Source of the DNA: Amphiscolops sp. MND2022
Lineage: Eukaryota
Direction of reading: 5' to 3'
Assembly: GCA_964187785.1 (NCBI GenBank)
Contig: OZ076409.1
Coordinates: 87,112,001-87,176,000 of the forward strand
Length of the DNA: 64,000 nucleotides
The notes under the pieces are model-generated. The model made no database searches, was not told the origin of the DNA, and was given only the letters and a program-made list of their open reading frames with translations. Below are positions 54,301 to 64,000 of this stretch, one piece after another. Position 1 is the stretch's first letter. Every line of letters begins with the position of its first letter. Both the position numbers and the translations under genes were made by a program.

Positions 54301-57300
54301 CCTCTTCTGTGACTACTATCATGACTACTACTCTAAGGGTACAAACTGCCATTTCCCACACAACTGTGATCTTTCACATTGATTGCTCACTCACATCAGG
54401 AGACGGATGAACATGACTATCAAGGTCGTCACTACACCGCTACGAACTTTGGTGCCCATTTCACATTCACCATCTTGTGCAGTAATTGTATCATCTTGCC
54501 TCAAATACAACTTTCCCTGACAGCATACTTTCTCTAGTAGTCTGCCGTGCCATGTGTTGGAAAATATAACTCTGCACTGGGCCACATTGAAACGTGTTTC
54601 TGGCCCCACAAACACAACGAGTAGCAGTATGATACCCACTGTTTTAGGGTCCATTGCAATTTTTTTTCTGAAATAACTCATTCAACCTTCAGCATTTTGG
54701 TTATTCGAATCTCGCGAGTATAACCTTGGTGCTTTGTCTGTTTGAATAAAGAAAAAGAATTTCAGATGCTATAAATCAATTTATTGTCTCTAATAGTTTA
54801 TTCACATTGCATCACAACAAAATAAATATACCACTTTCTGTATGTATAAAACACAAAGAACATCATGTTACAAACAAGCCCAACAATTTCCGTTACAATA
54901 ACAACCTCAACAGCAGTGTGCAGTATTATTTCCAGTATATGTTTGAAGTCTCTTGTCAAAGGAAACAAAAAAAACAAAAAAAAACAAAAAAAAATGTTCA
55001 TCTTAAATATTCTATCTTACGTACATAAGCGCTAACGTTCTTTTGCCTATACGGACCCGAATTTTCACCCAGTACATCCCCCTTTTCACCCTAGGTGCTT
55101 TGCTAGCTTCAGTACACCTCCCCGAATAAATTTCTGTGTTTTTGACGATGCTACTCATTTTTGCTATTTTTTCGCCCCTATTTGACATATCTTACGTACA
55201 TAAGCGCTGCTTTTATTTTCATTAATGGGACCCAGATTTCTTCCCCTCGTCCCCCACTTTCCACGTTTCGTGTTATGCACGCCTTGCTATACTCCCAAGC
55301 CTATTTTTTTTAAATTAAATTTTTGGAATTTTTCCCCTTTTGCTTTTTACACCCCCCTATTTTCATATTTTACGTACATAAGCGCTAGTGCAGTTTTATA
55401 TGTACGGACCGCTCTTTCGATGGCACACACCCGGGACACTGTAGTGTACGTTTTGGTGCTACTTCCTCTACCGTACACTTTTATTTATCTATTAAATAAA
55501 CTAAATTTTACTCGGAGCTTCCGCTAATGTATCTTATAATTTTTTAAATAAAAAGGTGCTCACCTAGTCATTGTTTCTTGTTCCGGCGTTCAACTCGCCC
55601 GAACTTCTTTGCCGGCTTCCTCCTCTTTTTGGCTGCCCCGGGGACTTTCGAAGCGCCCTCAGTCTCCCCGGTGGGAAGGAGCCACTCCGTTTGACGTGTC
55701 CTTCTCAGTGATGTTGATGGCTCTCCCTGATCAACCGTTGATGTCAGTAGCGCAGCACCAGCCGACCCCTCTCCGAATTCCCACCCGGGTATGCCCGACA
55801 CAGTCAACACAGTGTGCCCCACATTTTCCTTCATGATCACTGTGTCCCCTTGCTCTTGGATGGCCATTTGAAAGCCGGTCAAATTCTCTAGGTTCTGAAA
55901 CCCAACACAAAGACAATCAGCATACGAGCAATCCATTCAAACTATCTAGACTCGCCATACTTACTGCAAGATATTGGGCGAACTCCCGCAGCTTCCACCC
56001 TCTGCGGATAATGAATCGCTTCACAGCGCCATTCTCGGGAAGGAAGACCCACAACTTCCGTCCACTCAGCAAGGTGGCGATAACCGGCAACTGTGGCTCT
56101 CCATCCACATGGGGCCCTCGAAACGCCGGCCCAGAGACCAGCAGCATCTGAATATCGGACAGGCTCTCGACGTTCACACCCTTTGCCCAGTAATCTCGGG
56201 GGTCTGCTGTTAGCTCGCCGTGCCTACAAAGATACACGCCCTCAGCGACGTGCGACCCACTCTCCACATCCTGGCTACAATGACGGGGCTCATTTCCGAA
56301 GTCAAAGTAAAGCCGCAGTACATCGTTTCAGTCTCCGCACGCCTCTACAAAGAACACGAACATTATATCAGTCTTCGACAAGCACAATCTTGCAAACTGA
56401 AAAGGGATTATTCTGCATCGACGAGAACTTACTTGCAATCTGCGATCTCGGAACCCAATCATGGGATCTCGCACCAGAACCGCGGGAGCTTCGAACCTGG
56501 CGGCCTCCTGTGCCGTCACTATTGGGCAATGGGTCATGCCCATGGCCACATTCCAAAACAGCTGCGCATCAGCGCCAAAAGTTTCCATTTGTATCTGAAA
56601 AGGACGCAGATGACAACATGCACATGCAGACTGGACAACATACAATTTTTCAACAGTGGGTAGTGTCATGCCCTTGAGCTCATGTTCTAAAAGGAGACGC
56701 TCTCACCATAGATGAAGGAATTTGAAACAGCAAACAATAAAACAAACTTTATATGGTGCGATATTTAGTTTAATCATGCGAACAGGAAATACCATGCTTG
56801 ATATTTAAATTAGAAGTTAAAATATCCATATAACAAAAGTGGGTGCTAAATAAATTGGGACACACCAGAGATTTGGAGCTACAAACTAGTTGACCGAAAA
56901 TAAAACTTTGAGCATCAACAAAATCTTCTCTCAGCATAATTGTAGAAGTTCCAGAGAACCCAAAACATGCATCAAAATTACTTTCGTACATAAGCGCTCA
57001 AAACAAAATTACTTCCGGGACTGGAATTTTATACCGGACGATTCTACTAGCCTTATTGGATGTAATAGTACCGCTTTTGGGCCTCTGCTGACAAGGGGCA
57101 ATCCCTGATCACTAAAATAAAGTTCGAAAAAACTAGTTGTCGGTAGGAATTTGGATAGTAGTATAAGTAGTTCAAATACTTGTGTAGATTTCAAATACTT
57201 GGGTAGATCAAATACTTGGGTAGATTTCAGATTCTAGCTTACATAAAGGAGGAAGTATGCATTGCCAAACATAAAACCAAATTTAATTTCTTTCTGATTT

Positions 57301-60300
57301 TGTACACTGCCATCTTTCATGATAACTTACATCATAAAATTATGGAATTCAGTGTTCTTTTACTTACTACTTACTTATTTACTTGTTGGAATTGTTTTGT
57401 TGAGCAATTAAGAAACGGTATTTGTGGCGAAAAAGTTTGATGTACAGCAATAGATTGTCTTTTGAAAATCGGAAATAGTTTATAATCTATTGCCGGTTCT
57501 CGAAAACAACCTTTTGTTGTATTTCATTCAGATTATACTTTTTCATATTTCCGATATTTCAGATGTACCATACTTTTTGACAATAATTGAGGATTACAAT
57601 AATCTTTTCAACAGCCTCGGATATGTCCCTTTTCTGTGTTATAACAGAATAACCAAACGAAACAGAAGAGCCAAACGAGTCTTATAAGAGCCAAACGAGC
57701 CTTCGAGAAATCGCAACAGAAATCAAAGAGCTCATGAGTGATCCAATATTACACTATGGTACTAAAAAGACAGCAATTTCCAACTGATTTCTAAACAAAA
57801 ATACCCCTGTAATTCTAATCCAAATTTGAAGTTTTCCTACTCGGACTTCTGTAAACATTTATTGCGTATTGAAGTTTTTTAGCGAAATTGTGTGTCTTTA
57901 GCTGCTTGGTATTCTAGTTATTTTGCGAAAGCAGGAAATTATTTTGAAATTCAAGCGTTGATAAAAGCTTCTTTTATATATCAAAACTCCACGTTTTTTT
58001 TATTTGAAAAATAGGTAAAGTTTCTTATGTTTCTTTGTATACTTTCAAAGGTCATTCCTGTTAATGGATCCCCTGAGAACATGAAACTCGGCCACGGTAG
58101 GGTCGTGATCGATGGCCTGACTCATTTTACGCAGAGCTTCTTGCAGTTTGTTCTCCAGCAACAACATCACTGCTTGGTCCTTTAAAACAGGAGCAGATCT
58201 GAGGTTCGAACCACTCAGAATGTCATTTTTCATTTTACTATTTAACGTAGCTTCAAATAAGTTCTGGTTATGAATCAGAGCTCTAGGCCAATCAAGATAA
58301 GTCTATATTTCTTGACAAAATGATATAAACAACATCTAGTGTTAGCATCTTGGCAAGAAATGAAATTAGAGATTTGAAAGAAATTTTCAAAACGTAGTGA
58401 GAAGTAACAGCATTAAGCAGTAGCAAAATGTTTTTAATGTAGTTCAAGAATTTTGGCTCTGTGGTAAAAAGTCACGGTAGTAGAAGGTATATTTTTAACA
58501 ACCTCGAACAACTTTGTTGTTTGGGAATGATAAAAATAGCCACTAGTTTCAATGCATGTCAATTTCAAAGATTTTTAATCTGTGCCTTCTGATGTGTTTC
58601 CTTCTGATGATTGGTGGGTATTTCAAGAAAAAAATTGAAACATACCTTGAGTTGTACTGCTTTGTCGAAAAGTGCTTGACGCAATTCTTTGGCTTGCTGC
58701 AGTTCTGGGTCCAGTTCAAGGGCGTCTCTGACGTCATAGTAGCACAATGTACTCTGGAACAGCAAATACAAAAGAATCAGACAAAAATGATAAAAATTGA
58801 CTTCCTCAGATCACAATTTCTTATCTTGAAATTTTTATTCTTCACGGGGTGAAAAAAAATCTGATACAGGAATTATAATCACGGTACCGAAAGCTAGTTT
58901 TCCAAAAATATATATCTGGTAGCGTTTTCAAAACTGTTACACTCTAGCGAGTAGTGGCTTCGAATAACAAGATACACCTCTGGTTTTAAAGGATGAAATT
59001 AGAATTTAGAAAATGTTTGGCTAACATTTCCAAACAGCTGATGAAGTCTGGCTCTCATGACAAAAAGATCGGGGTTGTCTGCTTCCACTTCAATTCTACG
59101 GTTCACTAATGCCAGACATTCTCCATGGCGTTGCAGAGAAGCCAGGCAAGCCACACTGCGAGTATGGTAGCCAACTGTGTCTGGCTGCATCTCTGCTGCT
59201 CTTGAGAAACATTCCAAGGCTTCTGGAAACTGACCCTGGAAAAAGTTAAAGTTCAATTTTGATAGATGATCTGGAAGCAAAACTGTGTCGGCTTCGGCGT
59301 TGTAATTTTTCCACGTCTTCAAGTTTTTTCCATTCGAACATAATGCAAGTCAATGCGAATGGCTTATTGATTTTTTCCACTGATTTTTTAGCTGATGGAT
59401 GTACCTTTACCAGAAAAGCCCCACGCTTCTAGATTGTAAAGTCCATATAATTTAAAATCAAGGAATGTAAAAAACACAATAAATCAATATAATCCTTTAG
59501 AACTACTGCAAAGACATTCAATTTTCCTGAATAATATCCAGCCTCTAAGAAGATTTGATGTTTTATTTTCTATAGTTATGTTTCCTATGGCTAATACTAA
59601 TAGCTATCAGATTACGTTCGAACCGATGGAGTCCACGCCAAAATTCATGCAAAATCCATTATAATTTTCCATGTTCTTGCAATTACCATAAAAAGTTGTC
59701 ATGATCATGCATGATTCGTGAGATTTCCATTGATTATAACACTGAGAAAACACATACCTGATCAAAAAGCACCTGTCCGTAAAAAAAGTACATAAAAGCC
59801 AATCTTTCGAAATGTTTGGGTTCATCTGGTAGGAGGCTGCAGACTTTCTTGTAATTCAAGATTGCCGATTGGAAGTCACACATTTCGAGATAAATCTCTG
59901 CCCTCATGCGGTAAGGCTCAGAAATCTCAGAAACTGCAAATATATTGGATTCCTGACTTTTCTGAGCTTGCATCAAAATTAGTTTTGTCAACAGAATCAA
60001 CGTTTCTTCCCTGTCTCCAACCCTCTGCAGATCTTTGGCTTCTTCAAAACTAGAATATACATAGAAGTGAGAAGAAATTTGAAGAACTAATTAGTCAATC
60101 GTTTCGATATGGTATCAATATAAACACCGTATGGTAATTTCTAGAACATCTTGGCGTAATTTTTTTCACTGGTGATTACGGCCGTAACTTCGTAGTGAAA
60201 AATATCAAATTAAAATGGAAACAAAACAACGAAAAATCAAAAATTTCCATGTAAGTTAGTTTATGCCTTCTTGTAGCAAGGATATCGGTCTAATACCATT

Positions 60301-60727
60301 GAAGTACAGATACTAACATCTCGCGACATTTCTTTTGCAAAATAGAGCCGAAACTGGGCATCATCTCCCGCTTTTTCACTTCCTGTGTCTCCCGCTCTCT
60401 CTGTGCTTTCAACCTCTCTACGTTTTGTATATCCTCTGTCAACTCCACACTCCTCCGTCTCTGTTCTTGCAAATCTAACTTCAAAACTTCAAGCGTCGAT
60501 TTCGATCTTCCGGGATGTTCAGTATCAACAGTTTCCTCATTTTCCTTGTTTTCAGTCTCAGTTTGCGTAATTTGAGGGAACTCATTTCTTTTTTGATGAG
60601 CGTCACTTTCATTTGGGGGTAAATGTTCCAAAACAATTTCTGGAGTCGTAATACTGTTCCGGACTCCAGTTTCCACGAATCCGGATTCGTTTGCAGGGGC
60701 TTCGCCTGGGTCTTCAGCTTCCATCAT
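39387..60727 (-). CDS. TTC16: Tetratricopeptide repeat protein 16; coding exons 60727-60318, 60049-59758, 59235-59026, 58753-58646, 58179-58058, 44816-44584, 42258-42157, 41535-41393, 41104-40908, 40365-40057, 39680-39623, 39539-39387
   Basis: Spliced translation matches recalled TTC16 motifs: RAEIYLEMCDFQSA, HFERLAF, RARLHQL, LCYYDVRDALELDP, RQLILSYNDF, LLNKAIRAEKAEKGLYINRGDCFF, ADYQQAL, HNPKVSQYYISRA. Exon phases are consistent. The last three exons are less certain. Confidence 0.88.
42300..43132 (+). repeat. Intronic interspersed repeat related to the 335-975 family
   Basis: tRNA-like GGCCTAGTGG...GGTTCGAGCC (42543-42600), TTTTCGGCACTATGCGAC, and a 3' hairpin CGGGAC...GTCCCG followed by CTTGTTTT. 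Confidence 0.5.
43440..44340 (+). mobile_element. Degraded LINE (CR1/L2-group-like) reverse transcriptase 3' fragment
   Basis: YADD at 43685-43696, then INGSKTKYMIFSR and TYGCEVWG; many stops and frameshifts. Confidence 0.7.
45130..45559 (+). repeat. 5' LTR of env-Gypsy element
   Basis: TGTCATGCCC...CTGCTGACA; direct repeat of 56664-57093. Confidence 0.96.
45638..46651 (+). CDS. gag: gag with CCHC zinc knuckle
   Basis: Capsid-like LQPFSG...LHLKGTALSFF...LRNRY; Gln-rich segment; CNYCKMKGHTIQYC. Confidence 0.92.
   Translation: MAQLQPFINLQPFSGLESDNFNQFENQLRSCIGLAGVEEANRHLYLHLHLKGTALSFFDQLPEATRQNFDEALTSLRNRYVNPDRLESHKLKFTTRKYNASKETVHDFLTELQRTANLAFPDIVARAAADGNPAVAAENRANERNRRVKEAFINGLPNKLKKYLLTLPETNTVEDLCERAARRVMIDQQYPEDDGGSAFNELSSSQVDTLLASLAEIQKTQTAMRNENAKLAAEVKTLQNAHQNPTGQQSWSGHHQQQKGNKQPQWWNWNSEPPDWYTQQWLQQPQQQQQQGENNWTTYNQRFCNYCKMKGHTIQYCRKRPPPKRDQQVPFDRQPKN
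46642..46648 (+). promoter_or_regulatory. -1 ribosomal frameshift slippery site A AAA AAC
   Basis: Canonical X XXY YYZ heptamer in the gag frame directly before the gag stop; the -1 frame is the protease ORF. Confidence 0.8.
46648..51379 (+). CDS. pol: pol (PR-RT-RNase H-IN); one frameshift near 47495 in a T5G4 run
   Basis: FLVDTGA; RT LRLLVDLRKIN and YLDD; RNase H SDAS; IN H...GGH...CSSC, QIDLVG, SCDLG, VVERSH. Confidence 0.93.
51823..54084 (+). pseudogene. env: env, class I fusion glycoprotein; one in-frame TGA at 52372-52374
   Basis: Signal peptide MKALQLLFIVCLFQQCLS; R-x-x-R site RNPR followed by fusion peptide ALPVVLMAGAAAGVFGLG; heptad region; Cys-rich ectodomain; TM YICFGALVFIVSTVLHFLMTYLF; cytoplasmic tail. 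Confidence 0.88.
54391..54654 (-). CDS. Possible small antisense membrane protein exon within the element
   Basis: Acceptor TTATTTCAG just upstream of the ATG; hydrophobic N-terminus, 4 Cys, hydrophobic C-terminus; GTGAGT donor at 54394. Confidence 0.35.
   Translation of the reverse strand: MDPKTVGIILLLVVFVGPETRFNVAQCRVIFSNTWHGRLLEKVCCQGKLYLRQDDTITAQDGECEMGTKVRSGVVTTLIVMFIRLLM
55010..55500. repeat. Three degenerate ~177-bp repeats with invariant core TTACGTACATAAGCGCT
   Basis: Cores end at 55033, 55208 and 55386; CGTACATAAGCGCT is also present in both LTRs. Confidence 0.8.
55568..56588 (-). CDS. Antisense, intron-containing JmjC-domain (2OG/Fe(II) oxygenase) gene carried by the env-Gypsy element
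   Basis: GPHVDG...LLSGRKLWVFLP; then intron 55964-55895 (GTAAGT...CTGAT...TTTCAG, phase 0); then IQEQGDTVIMKENVGHTVLTV and basic tail KKRRKPAKK. One upstream in-frame TGA at 56328-56330; 5' exon structure uncertain. Confidence 0.8.
56664..57093 (+). repeat. 3' LTR of env-Gypsy element
   Basis: Direct repeat of 45130-45559. Confidence 0.96.
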
Positions 60728-62266
60728 AACCAGATTATGATTAAAAAAATGTCTAGTTTTACATTGGTTTCAAAAACACCTGCAGACTAACGCATTACGC
60801 AAGCGATTGTTCAGACTGACTGCTCTTAAGCTTTGACGGAGAACGCGTTCAGTAATTTGGTCTCGTGCAAAATTATTTTACTAAACCGGTCATTTGTTTC
60901 AGGTTGAAAGCTAACTAGATGAAAACGAAATGTAGCTTGTAGATGCTCGCTTTTGATATGGAATATAAATGTATGTAAATATACGAGTTGCATTAAAAAA
61001 AATTTTGACCTTCCAATACAAGAATACCCCAAACATTCAAGCTGGCTTTCACCCGCTACAGTGCTACAGAATCATTTGGTTTACCGTCCACAATCAGCTT
61101 CTGGGAGGATACTTTGAATCATCGTCAATTTGTAGAACTTTTATGGACATTTCGACCGGGTTGAAAAATTTGACAAAAAGTCGATATAATAGTTGCCTTT
61201 TGTTCCATGAAGAGCCGACTGAAAATGTAATTTCTCTGTTTTCTTTTTTCCTTGAGAAAGAAACAAATTTTGACATACTAAAAGTTTCATTACTTGACCT
61301 GTAGAACTCTGCTTTTATATTTCAACAAAAAATCAAATTCGTAGATATTATTATTCACAGGAACTCAAAAAACCAGTGAAGATTTTTGCATCTTGTAACA
61401 TATCGTTTAGGTTGGGATGATGACATAGGGTTGCTAAAGGAGAAGTTTTGATCTGGTGCAAAATCTGACCCAAGAGTGACCGAGGAAAAACCAGTGGCAA
61501 GAGCTTTGTACATAGTCACTGCCCCAGACCTGACCCCACATCTGAAAACTACAAAACTTGCTAGAATCGAATCGTTAATGCATCAACTACAAGTTTCCAC
61601 AGCTCAAACAGAAAAGATTGTCCCCATCGTGGTAGTTCAAATGGCTGGAGAAAGTCCGATAAGGGTTCTTTATCCATTTCACTCGAACTTTCAGAAAGGA
61701 AGAGCCCTTTCCGTTCGCGCCAGTCATCAGCAGGCAACAAAATCTGACTGGGAACATGCTGGTTGCGAAACAAGACTTCAATTCTATGAAACATTGACGA
61801 TTATTTAGAAGAAACTCGACCATCACAAAAGTGGCGAACCCCCCAATTGGATTTTCTCAACAACTACTTAACATTGGGACTTTAAATTTCCACACATATG
61901 CAAGTATCCAACAAGAACACCCCGGCGAAGTTTCAAGGTCACCCACCCTTTCAAACCTACTTTACCCCTCACATGTGTGGTGTTCACGGTCATTGAGTTA
62001 AAATGTAAACATTGTTTTTTACCCATATGAACACTTAAGAATGTATTTCTGTTGAAATTGGTGATATTTACAAAGTGTGAACATACTTGAAGCCACCTAA
62101 GCAACATTCAAGACCCATCGTATGGTCTGTTTACATAGCCAATAACTTTATTAATTCATACAAATGTTATACAATTACACCACAGTTTTTGACTAATATT
62201 TACTGTAGAATAATAAAGCAGATTGATGCCATTACTCGATAGAGAATATAACGACTGAATAGTAAT

Positions 62267-64000
62267 TGTCAAGCTGGGTCTCAGGACCACGAGACTAGTC
62301 ATTTTTCTATACCTCTAAAATTTTTCGCTAGAGTCAGAGCGAACAAATAGCTACTCTCGTAGTTGGAGAGTTGGAGCGCGTGAAGATACAGTGCGGGAAG
62401 TTTACGACGGATCTCAAAAAATCCAACCTAGTGTGAAGCGGGATCACGAGAAGCAGGTCACGAGTTGCATCGGACCCATCAGTTAGAAGATACAATCCTT
62501 TGAAATACGATATCCACGATTGTTTTGTGACGATCCACAGTACTAAACTACGGATCAGGGTGAAGAAAGGCTTGTCAATCTTCAACGCAGGATAAGGGCA
62601 AACAGCCGTTACATTAGGTCCACCAACTCGGACCGCGACGAAGTAGATGACTCGTTGATGGACACAACTGAAGAAGATTGCCCAAGAAGTGAGACAGTAT
62701 TGTGCCTCTGGGAGATTGGTCTATTGTTTCTCTGATAGATTGGGCTCTTGCGTCTCTGGGAGCTTTGTCTGTTGTGTCTCTGAAAGGTTGCTCTATTGCG
62801 ACATTGGAAACTAAATTTAATTGAGAAAAGAAGATATTGCTGAAACTAAACGGTTTGATATCAACAAAATTGAAAATTTTTTGAAGAACTCAGCTGACGA
62901 GGCCCAAGTTGTGAGTTTCTGGGATACAGCGGTCATGCACGGTAGGACTTCGAAGAACTTGATGAGAACATAGCTAGCATGGATGACAACAAACAGATAG
63001 CAGAGTTACTGTTACGACAAACAGATGCCATAAATAGGCGAGAACGGCTCATTAAGTCAGTGGAAAATGCAATACAACTCAAGTATCGAACTCAGATACC
63101 CGAATTGTTTTCATCAATGAACGAAGCGATGAGTAGCCGATTTGGTGAGTTGCAGCTTCAAAACCGTAGCAATGGAAGGTTGAAAATATGGAACGATGAA
63201 TATAATGTACAAAATGACTTGTATTTCGTAGAAAACAATCGTGTTGATGAAACAATGGTTAACAATGATATACTGCGCGATGATACATTGGCAAAGGGCA
63301 AAGATGTCGACGAAGAATATGCTGCAGCATGTTATGACCGAAAAGGTCTAGCATCAAAACGGAAATTGAAGGTCCGCTGAAATTAGGAGCCGAGAGAGCC
63401 ATTTTGCAAAGTCCTGAAGACGTCGAACAACGAATAGCAGATTTTCGTGTAAAAAATTCGAAAGCAAAAAAACGTCAAAATGGTACCTCACCACAAAAGG
63501 ATTTGGAACTTGACAACAAGCAAAAGGAACACGGTGATCACAACGCTGAAAGCCAAGAAATGAAGCTAGATCACTGCCAAAAGACGAATTGAGCATACAG
63601 TCGCAAGGTGAAAAGTCCGACCTAACAAAACCTCTATGATTTCAGAGACATCAAGTGCAAGACGAATTGTGCATTTGGAGACAAAAGCTTTGCAAGAGCA
63701 AGAAAACCTGCAAAGCCGCTAGAACGTGAAGCTAAACAAAAGAGATGACTGACTTGGAATACGAACTGCCCCGAAAAGCCAGAATTGCTGAAAAGGAAAT
63801 ACACATGGCGCAAGCTTCGAGCAGTTGTGGTTCTATCTTGCAAAATATCTCACCGGTCGGTCATCAGACGACAGTTTGACGAAAACCTCAGAAGAGATGG
63901 TTAAATCAGAAGCGACTGCAAACTTGGCTCAGTCCATTAACATGCCATCAGTACACCAGCAAACGTCCGTATCAAAACGAGTGAATACAGTACTATCATC
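62267..64000 (+). mobile_element. Possible degraded LTR element (BEL/Pao-like gag N-terminus) running off the window
   Basis: TGT...TTACA segment (62267-62613) followed by broken coiled-coil-rich ORF pieces from 62979; no second LTR or pol visible. Confidence 0.3.

Larger units (their letters stand above)
45130..57093 (+). mobile_element. Env-bearing Ty3/Gypsy element (endogenous retrovirus-like), 12 kb, recent, in TTC16 intron 5, antisense to the host gene
   Basis: 430-bp TG...CA LTRs with 3 mismatches; TSD AGGGG (45125-29 and 57094-98); PBS TGGTGACAG at 45560; purine-rich tract before 56664; gag, pol and env. Confidence 0.97.

Noticed and set aside
13443..56330. TGA reassigned as a sense codon (three isolated in-frame TGAs at 13443, 52372 and 56328)
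   Set aside because: STIM, TTC16 and gag terminate on TGA and use TGG for Trp; single C-to-T or G-to-A mutations explain the stops.
56093..56677. Plus-strand ORFs of 194 and 147 aa before the 3' LTR
   Set aside because: No motifs; best explained as shadows of the GC-richer minus-strand JmjC gene.

Overview
Eukaryotic (metazoan, probably invertebrate) genomic DNA with two spliced host genes and three near-complete LTR retrotransposons. The host genes are a STIM Ca2+ sensor (+, about 20.3-24.1 kb) and TTC16, a TPR protein (-, 12 coding exons, 39.4-60.7 kb). Each retrotransposon carries accessory enzyme-fold cargo. (1) A 16.4-kb Ty3/Gypsy element (1006-17372) whose integrase frame continues past one TGA into an AT-hook, a Cys cluster and two tandem TARG1/OARD1-like macrodomains; it is nested in a DINE-1/Helentron-like element. 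(2) A young BEL/Pao element (25361-34474) with an upstream SGNH-hydrolase-like ORF and four copies of a covarying RNA stem-loop. (3) A young env-bearing Gypsy element (45130-57093) inside a TTC16 intron, encoding on its antisense strand an intron-containing JmjC-domain gene with the HxD...H iron triad and a basic NLS-like tail. The antisense spliced JmjC gene is the most striking observation. All domain calls are by-eye motif matches, not database searches, and novelty is unverified.
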